From an uncultured Phycisphaerales bacterium (GTDB lineage: Bacteria > Planctomycetota > Phycisphaerae > Tepidisphaerales > Tepidisphaeraceae): DNA of 64,000 nt. Shown in pieces: positions 43,033 through 52,302 of this stretch (position 1 is the stretch's first letter; the number at the start of each line of letters is the position of its first letter). Below the pieces are notes generated by a model. That model worked only from the letters and a program-made list of their open reading frames with translations, was not told the DNA's origin and did no database searches. The DNA lies in assembly GCA_963755915.1 (NCBI GenBank), contig CAVWLP010000002.1, forward strand, positions 3,808,001-3,872,000, written 5' to 3'. Made by a program: the position numbers and the translations under genes.

Positions 43033-43929
43033 CTATCGGGAGTCCGACGTATCCACGTAGATCGTGCAGGTCTCGCCGGCGGCCAGATGAATCTCGTCCG
43101 GCACCGTGTCGATGTGAATCCGCACCGGGATTCGCTGGGCCAGTCTCACCCACGTGAAAATCGGGCTGACCTGGGGTAGGCCCTGGTAATTGGGCGTGGC
43201 ATCGGTGTCGTTAATGCCTCGGTTCAGGCTCTCGACGTGGCCGACGACATCCGTATCGGGGTATCCCATCATCACCGCGCGTGCCTTGGCGCCGACGCGG
43301 ATGTTGCGAAGCTGGGTCTCCTCGAAATAGCCGGTGATCCAGAACGAATCGGCGTCGATGACGCTCATCTGGCGCTGTCCGGTGAGGGCGTAGTTTCCCA
43401 CCCGCACCGTCAGGTTGGTCACCCACCCATTCACGGGCGATCGCACTTCGCAACGATCCAGATCAACCTGCGCCTTGTAAAGCGCCGCGGCGGCCGACTC
43501 GACATCGGCCTGGCTCACGTTCGCATTGGTGACGTAAAGCTGTTTCTCTTCAGCCGACACATCGCCAAGCGGCAATTTCTGTCGGCGAAGGGAATTTTCC
43601 TGCTGGAGCTCAAGTTGGGCCTTTGCGCCGTCGAGCGCAGCCTGGGCGCGCTTGAGCGCGGCGACGTAATCGCGCGGGTCGATGGTGTAAAGCAGATCGC
43701 CCTTGTGGACGAACTGGTTGTCGATGACCGGCACGCTCATCACCTGCCCGCTGACCTCCGGCGCCGTATCGACAACGTAGACGCTCACGCGCCCATCCCG
43801 CGTCCAGGGAGTGTATTCATAAAACCGGTAAGCCCAGATGCCCGCCGCGACGGCCGCGATGACCACAAGCACGGTAATGAACACGCGAAATCCAGCCGCG
43901 ATTTTTTTCGTTCGAACCGGCTCGGCCAT
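43033..43929 (-). CDS. HlyD-family membrane fusion protein (AaeA-like)
   Basis: PWTRDGRV, APEVSG, GYFEETQL, FTWVRLAQRIPVRI. Confidence 0.92.
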   Translation of the reverse strand: MAEPVRTKKIAAGFRVFITVLVVIAAVAAGIWAYRFYEYTPWTRDGRVSVYVVDTAPEVSGQVMSVPVIDNQFVHKGDLLYTIDPRDYVAALKRAQAALDGAKAQLELQQENSLRRQKLPLGDVSAEEKQLYVTNANVSQADVESAAAALYKAQVDLDRCEVRSPVNGWVTNLTVRVGNYALTGQRQMSVIDADSFWITGYFEETQLRNIRVGAKARAVMMGYPDTDVVGHVESLNRGINDTDATPNYQGLPQVSPIFTWVRLAQRIPVRIHIDTVPDEIHLAAGETCTIYVDTSDSR

Positions 43930-43936
43930 GGGTGCT

Positions 43937-44152
43937 TCATCTCATGCGCATCGTCAAAATTGCCACGCAGTAAAACAGCACGAAACAGGCGACGTCGAAG
44001 AGCGGGCGGTGCCTGACGTAGCGGTTCATGTCGATCAACTGATTCAATATTCGGCGTGCGACGAAGAAGACGGCGGCACAGATGACGAGCATGACCGCCG
44101 CGGGGGCCATGAAAATCCCGAATATGTCGATTTCGCGCAAGGGGAATCCCAT
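43937..44152 (-). CDS. DUF1656 (AaeX-like) protein
   Basis: EIDIFGIF..P...RYVRHRPLFD. Confidence 0.85.
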   Translation of the reverse strand: MGFPLREIDIFGIFMAPAAVMLVICAAVFFVARRILNQLIDMNRYVRHRPLFDVACFVLFYCVAILTMRMR

Positions 44153-44206
44153 ATCAGCGGAAATCTTATACCGGCGGGGGACTGATAATGGAATGCGCGC
44201 GAAAGA

Positions 44207-46002
44207 TCACTGCTCCGCGCCGGCCATTATCTGGCGGCCGCGCATCAGCAGATCGACCCCCTTGGCGCGGATTTCCGGAGGCATCGCTTCCGCCTGGAAC
44301 CGTTGGAAGACGTCGTACATGCCCGTTTCCCATCGCAGGCGGTCGTCGCGGTTCATGGGGCGTTCCTTCAAGTGGGTCCGAATGTGTTTTCGCATCCGCT
44401 GGAGCAATTCTTCCATGCGCGCCCGGCCGGTCTTGGGGGTGCCGATAAGCATGAAAAGAGGCCGTACGAACGCGTAGCCGCAGACAACGGAGGCGGCCGT
44501 GTTCAAGGTTGAATTCAGATCGTACTGCTGGGGATTGGTGGGGTTGAGTAATGTGCTGGTGACGAACATATAGGTGATTGCGGGAACGAGAAACTTTGGC
44601 TTGGCTTGCAACCAGACGGCTGGAAACAAAAACGCATACGTCACGACCGCAAACCAGAGGGGGTGGTTGGACCAGGGCATAATCAGGTACAGCGCAATTA
44701 TTCCGGCCACGGCGCCGATGGAGGCGAAGAGAAGATTCAGGTTATTCAGCGCCAGAGGATTCTCTAGGGAAATATAAATTACCAGTGCGACGGATAGCAC
44801 GGTGAGGAAAAATGAACCCTGGGACCAGGCGGTGGCGTCCCAGATCAGAAAACCCACCAGAAGGCCGATGGCGGCACGATTGAAGTTCGTCCAGGCGCGC
44901 ATGTGCATCCCGACGAAGCGCGGCTCTGGATAGCGCTGGACTTGCACGTAACCAGGCTCCCTCTGGGTGAGAATGGCATCAATGGCTACAAGCTCGTATT
45001 GGATGGCTGAGATGATCTCGTAATAGGGCGCGTCAGCGGGGAGATCTTGCCGGAGACGGGCAAGGGCCTGGGCCTGCTGGCGGAGCTTTTCCAGGGAAAT
45101 CTCGGCGCCGGTCGCGATCAAATTGCGCCGGAGATGATGGCTTCACGGACTCGATCGAGCTGCGGATCGTCTGGCTGACCTTCGCGCCTCAACCGCACCG
45201 CGGCGATGACGTTCGACTGAAGGGAGAGCATGGCCGTGGGGGCGCCGTGGATCCATGAGCTGACCCACCGCAGCGACGGGCGCTCGGCCATGGCGTTGCG
45301 GTTTAGTTCGTCGAAACTAAGAATCAGGCTCGAATAAGGGGCGTCTTCCAAAGCGCCGGCTTCCGAAGTGGTTGGAGCGTGCGAGCCTAACTGGGCGACG
45401 GCCCAATCGAAGAGACCTACGATGATCTTCGAGGCCCGATTGACCAGATCGCCGGGCGCATCGTCGGTGCGGACCGCGGCTTCGGACATCACCAGGGCGA
45501 CGAGACAACCGATGAAGGTTGCGGAGCCGCGATCGATGGCGATGTAGAAGACGTTCTGCGGTGCATCGATCGCGCCCAGGGCGACGAGTGCCGAGGTGAA
45601 TGCGGCAAGAATTGCCGTATAGGCGACGAATCCACGGCGAAGCGTTCCCCAGTAGGCGCAAAATCCGAGCCACAGGGCGCAACTCAGAAAGAACCCGATG
45701 CGATCCTGCGGAAACAGGGCAATGAGGAGGACGCCGACAACGCAGCCGATGACGGTTCCGCCCAGGCGGGCGACGGACTTGCGGAGGGCGTTTCCGCGCA
45801 CGGGGGGGCTGACGATGAGGGTGGTGAGGATGGTCCAGCGCGGGACGTCGAGCTGGATCCACATGACAATGATCAGGCTCAATACACCGGCAAGCGTGGT
45901 GCGGATCGCGTAGCCGAGGTCGCCCGAGGTGGTGAAGAAGTACCAGGGGTTGTGAGGGTGGTAGGGCTCGTGGGCGGGGGATGTGGCGGGGATGGCGCTC
46001 AT
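44207..46002 (-). CDS. FUSC family (AaeB-like) efflux membrane protein, frameshift ~45120
   Basis: YAIRTTLA, PRWT..T..IVS, KS..RL.GT.IG, PTNPQQYD. Confidence 0.85.
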
Positions 46003-46337
46003 CGGGGCAGAAGCTTACTTTCCCGGCGGGGGATTGAAAACCTGATGACAGGGGGGCGACAGGAGGAGAAGGGGAGATTTTACAAAACTTTACGTTTTTT
46101 TACATTTTTGGCGAAATAGTTAGTGCACGATAACTTATTTTGATTTAAGTCGGTGTGACGGCCGTGGTTGCGCTGGGTTTGATGAATTTTGATTAAACGG
46201 GGGATGTAACATTGGCGGGTTGGCCGGAGATGCTGGCAATGCACAACCCGAAGCAGACAGCCGCCAGATTTCGCCCAGCAATCGCTGGCGATGGTGGAGG
46301 GGATCATCGGGGGGAAGCTCGCGCCGGGGAAATATGG

Positions 46338-47450
46338 CTACTTCAATTCGCATTTATCGAACTGGACGCCAATTCGGCTAGCACTTTTTATTTGCCCGAT
46401 TACTGTTATGTGATCTCCTGGGTGCAGAAGTTCCAGCCTGTCCTTCCACGTATCTCGATTGAAGCCCATCCCCAGCGCTATGGACATACCAAAGGGATTG
46501 CCGCCTTTGTCCATTATCGAAACGTACATCAAATCGCCGAAATCGCGGTCGGAAATATCGTAAACATCTCCGCTGATTTTCATCCATTTCCCGATGTAGG
46601 GTTCGACGAGTCGATCCGCTTCGATATCGGTGTTCTCGCTGAAAATATCGCTAAGAAATTTTGGGTCTTTGTCGATGAGAATCCTTCCATCTGGGAGCGA
46701 TGTAAAAGTTGTCGCGTCGCGAGCATCAGACTCGGATTTCTCCTCCAAGAAAAACACCAACCCAAGTGCAACGACCAGCGCCGCGTAAATTGCGAGTACC
46801 CGTTTTTTGTTAGTGAGGAATTGATAGAAGGGTGTGAGAACAGCAGCCAAAATCAGGGCGCCGGTAAGGAACCGTAGCCAATGTGCAAGAATAGGATGAG
46901 CAACGACCACATCATCGGCCATTACCCACGCAAGCAACGCAAGAGCACCCTCTCCGGAGGTTTTGAAGAGCAGCGAACGGATCGTGTTGTGTTGCGGACT
47001 GGAGATATTGCTTGGGGCGTTTTTATAGTGTTCGTTTTGGGTTGTTGCTTCGCTTTGATTCTGGTTCGGAGCCTCCAATAGTGGTGACCCTGATTCGTCC
47101 AACAGTTCGCAATGTTCCAAATTCACGCCAGACGTATCGACCTTCTCGATTTGGCCAAGGATATTTATGCGATCAGCAGCCTTTAGTATTTCGATTCGAC
47201 CCTTCCATGCGGGGTCGAAATGATAAACGGCATATGAAATCTGTCCTTCGAGATAAATCGTAATGTAGGTTTCATGGATAATTATGTCATCTACTTCTCC
47301 CGACGCCCTAATCCATTTTCCAACGTAAGGCGCGACAAGTTGTTTCGCTTGGAAATGTAAGTTTTTCTTGAAAATTTCGTGGAGGTCTTTGGGTGACACG
47401 TTCGCGATTATTCGATCAGCTTCGGGTTTGGGACCGGAATCATTGCCCAT
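46338..47450 (-). CDS. Hypothetical membrane protein with two homologous OB-fold-like domains
   Basis: Internal duplication PYVGKWIRASGEV..I...GQI...LEHCEL / PYIGKWMKISGDV..I...GQI...FDKCEL separated by TM helices. Low GC. Confidence 0.65.
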   Translation of the reverse strand: MGNDSGPKPEADRIIANVSPKDLHEIFKKNLHFQAKQLVAPYVGKWIRASGEVDDIIIHETYITIYLEGQISYAVYHFDPAWKGRIEILKAADRINILGQIEKVDTSGVNLEHCELLDESGSPLLEAPNQNQSEATTQNEHYKNAPSNISSPQHNTIRSLLFKTSGEGALALLAWVMADDVVVAHPILAHWLRFLTGALILAAVLTPFYQFLTNKKRVLAIYAALVVALGLVFFLEEKSESDARDATTFTSLPDGRILIDKDPKFLSDIFSENTDIEADRLVEPYIGKWMKISGDVYDISDRDFGDLMYVSIMDKGGNPFGMSIALGMGFNRDTWKDRLELLHPGDHITVIGQIKSASRIGVQFDKCELK

Positions 47451-47736
47451 ATGGTCTCACCCCTAGACGATTAGACCCTCGGGGGCGGATGGTGGTACAA
47501 GTGGGCGAAAAACAGACATGGTCTTTTCCTATTCTCCGGCGGCCTAAGCTTGGCGACGTGCCGCCGGAGGCTTCATTTTACCCCAACCGCGTTCAGCATG
47601 CGAAACAGGAAAGGGACGCAATGCCGCGATCATTACCGGGCCTGAAATGGAGCCTTAAATTGCGATTTCTGCTGCAAGGCTTGCTTAATTTTGGCGTTCC
47701 GTTGAGGGTATGCGATGAAAAAACCGGAGCACAACC

Positions 47737-48279
47737 ATGATGGGCGATTTCTGGGATTTCGTTCGAGAGTTTATTCGTACACTCATCTCAAAAGTCACGG
47801 GGGGCATCTTGGCGGCATTTCTAACAACGTGGGCTATTGCGGATTGGACTTTTCATTTCCGTTACGCCCCGCCCGCGGGCGTTTTATGGGCTTCGCTCGC
47901 ATGCTATTTGTTGGCGTCGGCGTTTGGGGTGTGGCAAAAGGAACGCAAAAGGGCACTGGGAGCTGAAGCAAACCTGACCGCGCTAGGCAACGCAAAGAAA
48001 CCGATTGACTCGGAACGAAATGAGCGGATCAAGTGCAAGTTTTTCAGTCTGGATAAATGGAATCAACTGCTGGTGCGAGAAATGATGGTCGTCCGCTCAA
48101 TGACCAACAACGTCGCGATAGACTTTCTAAGAAAAAGCGGACATGACCCAGGTTCGCACTCCCGACCCATTGAAGACCTTAACTCTGTCACAGACTGGTT
48201 TCCGTTCAACAATGGCCAGTACACGGTTTCGCCTGCTGTCTTCGAAGAACTTAAGGCCATCATTTCAGAAACCAAATGA
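47737..48279 (+). CDS. Hypothetical membrane protein
   Basis: GGAG RBS, two N-terminal TM helices, low GC. Confidence 0.6.
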   Translation: MMGDFWDFVREFIRTLISKVTGGILAAFLTTWAIADWTFHFRYAPPAGVLWASLACYLLASAFGVWQKERKRALGAEANLTALGNAKKPIDSERNERIKCKFFSLDKWNQLLVREMMVVRSMTNNVAIDFLRKSGHDPGSHSRPIEDLNSVTDWFPFNNGQYTVSPAVFEELKAIISETK

Positions 48280-48493
48280 ACGGGCTGGCCGGTGAGAAAT
48301 GCAGGACGAAATAAAGAGGGCGCAATTCATTTCCGCAGATCATCAAAATGAATCGCGTTCTCTTTATTTGTCCCCAGCCGCGCCGCCGGCGATGCGCCGC
48401 CTATTTCCTGATTGCCCGATTCGACAACACGCGTTCCGCGTCCGCCGACATTGGCCATGTTTCACCCCTTCTTTTTGCGCCGCTCGAATGGGT

Positions 48494-48682
48494 TCACGGT
48501 ACGCGCTGCTGTGTTTGACCGTTTGGGCGCATTGAGAGGTCCACGGTGACAATGTAGACCGCCATCGCGCCCAGCATGATCAGGACGGCCACCCAAAATT
48601 TCCAGTCGCGGTGAGCGCGCTTCCAATAGGGAATGTGGGGATGGGATTTCTGGTAATGCGTATGCGTGTGCTCTTCTTCCAT
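48494..48682 (-). CDS. Small His-rich single-TM protein
   Basis: HTHTHY...YWKRAHRDWKFWVAVLIML.AM.VY. Confidence 0.6.
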   Translation of the reverse strand: MEEEHTHTHYQKSHPHIPYWKRAHRDWKFWVAVLIMLGAMAVYIVTVDLSMRPNGQTQQRVP

Positions 48683-48824
48683 CCTTCACCCTTCGATTTC
48701 TTCGGCCGCCCGAGCTTGCGGTTGCGGACCTTGGCCAAGTCCTTCGTATAAGAACTCGAAATTAGCCGAAATGCAAAATCGCCCGGAAATCCGGGCGATT
48801 TGCGGGAAACCATGGTTTCCTGAA

Positions 48825-48897
48825 TACCCCCTAGGGGAGTCGAACCCCTGTCCTCTGGCTGAGAACCAGATATCCTGGGCCACTAGACGAAGGGGGC
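48825..48897 (-). tRNA. tRNA-Glu(CTC)
   Basis: GCCCCCTTCGTCTAGTGGCCCAGGATATCTGGTTCTCAGCCAGAGGACAGGGGTTCGACTCCCCTAGGGGGTA. Anticodon arm TCTGG-TT-CTC-AG-CCAGA. CCA not encoded. Confidence 0.95.
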
Positions 48898-49344
48898 TTC
48901 GAATGGGCTTGCCCAGCGGATGCAATCCTAATGCGGATGCGCGGAAGGTCAAGAAATCGGGTTTGGCCCCGTGGATGCGGGGCGGGGCAATCGCTTGCGC
49001 CTCGTAAAACGCAGAAGGCCGCCACCCATCGTGCCGAAACTAGCTGAAGAGGACAGGGGGCTCCCCGGGAGTACCTGACCGCCCGACACATTTTTTGAGT
49101 TCGAGGAGTAAGCGGCCGGCTCTTTTGAAGACAAATGCAAAAGCAATGCAGGGGAGGCGGGAGACAACCCATAAGGCCCCAAGGTTTTTCTCCCGCCTCC
49201 CCCGCACCCCCACTCCCTCTCCTTTTCCCCTGCTATGTTGGTTGTCAAGTGTGGGCCGCATTCGCCGCCTTTATTCTTTTGTCTTTTTAAGCTGTTGCTC
49301 GGCCTGTCAGTGTCCGCTCTGCATGGGCTGTTGCCATCATTGCG

Positions 49345-49485
49345 GCAACGCTCTTCCTGCTATCCGTACCTGGCGGTTTGCCAGTACACCATGGTCTAAT
49401 ACGTCCGTTGCAGGCGGTTCACGCTGACCCAATCTAACCGCCGAACGCTCAAGGGCGCTCATAGGGGAAAACGGGCGCGTTACAC
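49345..49485 (-). ncRNA. Predicted bridge/seekRNA of the IS1111-type element
   Basis: Two internal loops, each with a central hairpin. Guides UUUUCCCCU / GGCGGUUAG match the target, CCAU / AUAGCAG match the donor junction. Transcript ends unknown. Confidence 0.75.
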
Positions 49486-49574
49486 CGTGGCTCGTCTCTT
49501 TCACTTTTATTCCAAGCTCTTTATCCGTCGTCCATCCAGGCTCCAGAAGTTCGGGGACAACCTTGGCCGGCTTT

Positions 49575-50714
49575 TTACGCTGCCAGTTTCAAGCCCAGAT
49601 CCTGCGCTTTGACCCGGCCGGTTTTGATCCGCCACAGGTCCACCGCCAGTTGCCGCGCCAAGGCCACCGCGGCTTTCTTGCGCATGGCTCTGGCTCCGGG
49701 GTTCTCGAAGACCTGCTTCCAGCGCTTCAGACGAAAATACTCCGGCTGGAACTTGGGCAGCAGCCACGCCAGTTCCACCAGCACCGTGCGCAGTCGGCGG
49801 TTGCCATGTTTGTCGATCGACAGATTCATCCGGCTCTGGCCTGAGGAGGATTCTCCAGGGCAAAGCCCGGTGTAGCTGGCGATCTGCCGGCGGTTCTGGA
49901 AGCGATTCCAGTCGACGATCTCACGATCCAGCAGCTCATAGCTGAGGTGTCCGATTCCCTTGATCCGGGCCGATTCGCGGGACTTGGCCTCCGCGCAGAG
50001 CTGGCGGGTCAGTTCATCTCGCTTCTGGTCCATCATCTCTACCATCTCCAGGTCGCGGGCAAGCTCCTTGCGGATCGGTTCGATCAGTTCTGAGCCGTAG
50101 AGTTCTTCCAGCTTTTTCAGCAGCGGCTCACACGCCAGCGGCTCCCACCATTTTCCCGGGCGATGGATGCCGAGGCTGTGCAGCAGGCTTCGTCCACGGG
50201 CGATCCAGCGCTGCCGTTCCTTTCGGTAGGTGTTGCGCTCGCGCCCCAGGCGGCGGTGGATCTCCTGGGCCACCGTGGGGACACGCACCAGACGCAGCGC
50301 CGTCGTGTTGCCGGCGAGATGCCGGTCCAGACGCGAGAGCAGTTCGGTGGCGTCGATCTTGTCGTTGACTCTCTTGCGGCCGCGGGACAGACGTTCGGGG
50401 GCACAGACCAGGCACTCTACGCCCAGGGCGGTGGCTTCGCGGTGCAACGCGAAGCCGTAGGGACCGGCTTCGTAGACCATCACCACGCGTTTGGCCAGCG
50501 TCAGCTGCTTTTTGAGAAACTCGATGAAGACGGCCGGCGAGAGTTTTTGGGCCGGTTGAATCCCCTGATGATCGACCATCCGTGCGAAGGTATATTGCTG
50601 GCTGTGGGTATCCACGCCGAGTTTGATCACCTCGTGCGACTGATTGGGCTTCGAGACTCTCTCCCCTCGAACTTGGGAGGCCTTGCGGCTACCTTTAGAA
50701 GAATTGTGTTTCAT
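49575..50714 (-). CDS. IS110-family transposase/recombinase (379 aa, intact)
   Basis: LGVDTH, VYEAGPYG, NDKIDA (DEDD RuvC-like), IKGIG, YTGLCPGESSSG (catalytic Ser loop), KHGNRRLR, VALARQL. Confidence 0.93.
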   Translation of the reverse strand: MKHNSSKGSRKASQVRGERVSKPNQSHEVIKLGVDTHSQQYTFARMVDHQGIQPAQKLSPAVFIEFLKKQLTLAKRVVMVYEAGPYGFALHREATALGVECLVCAPERLSRGRKRVNDKIDATELLSRLDRHLAGNTTALRLVRVPTVAQEIHRRLGRERNTYRKERQRWIARGRSLLHSLGIHRPGKWWEPLACEPLLKKLEELYGSELIEPIRKELARDLEMVEMMDQKRDELTRQLCAEAKSRESARIKGIGHLSYELLDREIVDWNRFQNRRQIASYTGLCPGESSSGQSRMNLSIDKHGNRRLRTVLVELAWLLPKFQPEYFRLKRWKQVFENPGARAMRKKAAVALARQLAVDLWRIKTGRVKAQDLGLKLAA

Positions 50715-51124
50715 GGTTGTCGGGTTTAGTCGACGGTGGCTAGCCCGACAACCAACATGCCATCTAACCGTCCCCCCCAAAAGGCGAAATACGGAGGCGT
50801 TTCGCCAGTGATTCGCGCACCTCGTACACGTGGGCGTTGGAACATCCGATTGCGTGAATGCGGTCGTGCACGCATTTGATGGGGGAGCGTTGAGGGGAAA
50901 AGGAAGAGGAGTGGGGAGGGGGAAACTTTTGTCCTCGACCCTCAGCTCAGACCGGAGGGGGGCCCTATATCGGTTCCCCCTCGCCCCGCCCGCATTGCAT
51001 TTGCATTTGGAAGACTTTGCCAATTCGTCTCCCAACTCAAAAAAGTGTCGGGCGGTCAGGAGTACCAGGGGAGGGGGAAAAGGGGGACATCCGAATGCCC
51101 TGGGACGCGGATTGTTTCTAAATT

Positions 51125-51361
51125 TTAGAATCTTCCCCAAAGGAAGAAGGCCGCAATCCCGGCCAAAGTAAAATCGACCACGGCACCAAGTACGAATCTT
51201 AAATCCCCGGCATGGATTCCCGCTAAACTCAATGCGATCCCGCTGGTAACCCAGATAATCGCAACCATCCCGATTAGAAATCTGATCGCGGGTGGAAGTT
51301 GTCGCTTTCGTTTGGGCGAAGCCCCACCATAGTCGAGCTGGTGTGGCTTGGGATTATCCAT
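51125..51361 (-). CDS. Small 2-TM hypothetical protein
   Basis: MDNPKPHQLDY... followed by two hydrophobic helices. Confidence 0.5.
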   Translation of the reverse strand: MDNPKPHQLDYGGASPKRKRQLPPAIRFLIGMVAIIWVTSGIALSLAGIHAGDLRFVLGAVVDFTLAGIAAFFLWGRF

Positions 51362-51460
51362 CCCGACGATTCTATCCTCCGAGCGGGAAAAAGCCGCCTG
51401 GGACCCGCAATAGTGGTGATTCAAATTGAGACACTGCCGGATGTTGTGCTGAGACAGTTT

Positions 51461-51967
51461 TCACTTGCGGATCTGATGCACGAGATGCCGCAGTTCCGGG
51501 AGGATCAGCTTTGTCATTGCCAGCTCGACCGCCGCGGTGCTTCCGGGCATGGCGAAGAGCAGTTTTTTTCTGGCGACTCCGCCTACGGCGCGGCTGAGGA
51601 TGGCGCCGCTGCCGATCTGCTGCCAACTTAGCATCCGAAAAAGCTCGCCGAAGCCGGGGAGGGGGGTGTCGAGGATTTTTTCGACGACCGCAATCGTTTG
51701 ATCGCGATGGGTGATGCCGGTGCCGCCGGTGGTCAGTATCGCATCCACCTCGGACAGACCCAGCAGTTCTTCCAGGAGCTGCGCGAGGCGATCCGGGTCA
51801 TCGGGGATTACGTGCCGCTCGTGCACGTGGTGCTGGTCGGAGGCGAGGAGGTCGGCGATCCGCTTGCCGCTGACATCCGTTTCCGGCGTGCGCGTATCGC
51901 TGAGGGTTACGATGGCGCAGCGAACCGAAATCGATTTGGCGGCGGATTGATGCTCCTTATATGACAT
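51461..51967 (-). CDS. moaB: MogA/MoaB family molybdenum cofactor biosynthesis protein
   Basis: IVTLSDTR...DVSG, LTTGGTG...RD.T, PGFGELFR, LSRA.GG, MPGS. Confidence 0.9.
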   Translation of the reverse strand: MSYKEHQSAAKSISVRCAIVTLSDTRTPETDVSGKRIADLLASDQHHVHERHVIPDDPDRLAQLLEELLGLSEVDAILTTGGTGITHRDQTIAVVEKILDTPLPGFGELFRMLSWQQIGSGAILSRAVGGVARKKLLFAMPGSTAAVELAMTKLILPELRHLVHQIRK

Positions 51968-51990
51968 CTCACATCTTTCAAAAATGCTGG

Positions 51991-52296
51991 TTCACCGCGG
52001 AGATCGCAGAGAGCAATTTGAACCACGGATTACACGGATTTCACAGATAATAAAAAAACCTCTTATCCGTGCGCATCCGTGAAATCCGTGGTTCAATCGG
52101 TATTTTCAGGGCGCTCCTTTTTTTTGCCGCCGGTGTTCTCACTGGCGGGATCAAACTGCCATAACCGCCGGTGAGGACACCGGCGGCACCAGAGGATTTA
52201 TAACCGCCAAGACGCCCAGAGCGCCAAGAATTCAAAGCGAAAGAAATATCTTTTCCGCGTTCTCTGCGATCTCCACGGTGAAATCTCCGCGGTGAA
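51991..52296. repeat. Nested cluster of REP-like inverted repeats
   Basis: Outer TTCACCGCGGAGATCGCAGAGA / TCTCTGCGATCTCCACGGTGAA, inner AACCACGGAT... / ...ATCCGTGGTT and GCCGCCGGTGTTCTCAC / GTGAGGACACCGGCGGC pairs, plus a half-site CCGCCAAGACGCC. Confidence 0.8.
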
Positions 52297-52302
52297 ATTT
52301 TC

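Larger units (their letters stand above)
49232..50763 (-). mobile_element. IS110-family, IS1111-type insertion sequence
   Basis: 12-bp subterminal IRs ATGTTGGTTGTC (49235-49246) / GACAACCAACAT (50747-50758). Flanking 2-bp core CT (49230-31, 50764-65). Long non-coding end downstream of the transposase. Confidence 0.9.
49075..51059. mobile_element. MITE-like palindromic element copy A (451 bp once the IS is removed)
   Basis: TIR CTGACCGCCCGACAC(A)TTTTTTGAGTT / AACTCAAAAAAGTGTCGGGCGGTCAG. 6-bp duplication GAGTAC at 49069-49074 and 51060-51065. Confidence 0.85.

Noticed and set aside
46080-48897. Integrative element with att sites at tRNA-Glu
   Set aside because: No duplicated tRNA 3' end and no integrase were found in the window.
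50715-51140. N-terminal extension of the IS110 ORF to 521 aa, and ORFs 52303..53178 (5' part), 53726..54550 and 48949..49248
   Set aside because: These read through MITE sequence. The IS boundary at 50763 places the transposase start at 50714.
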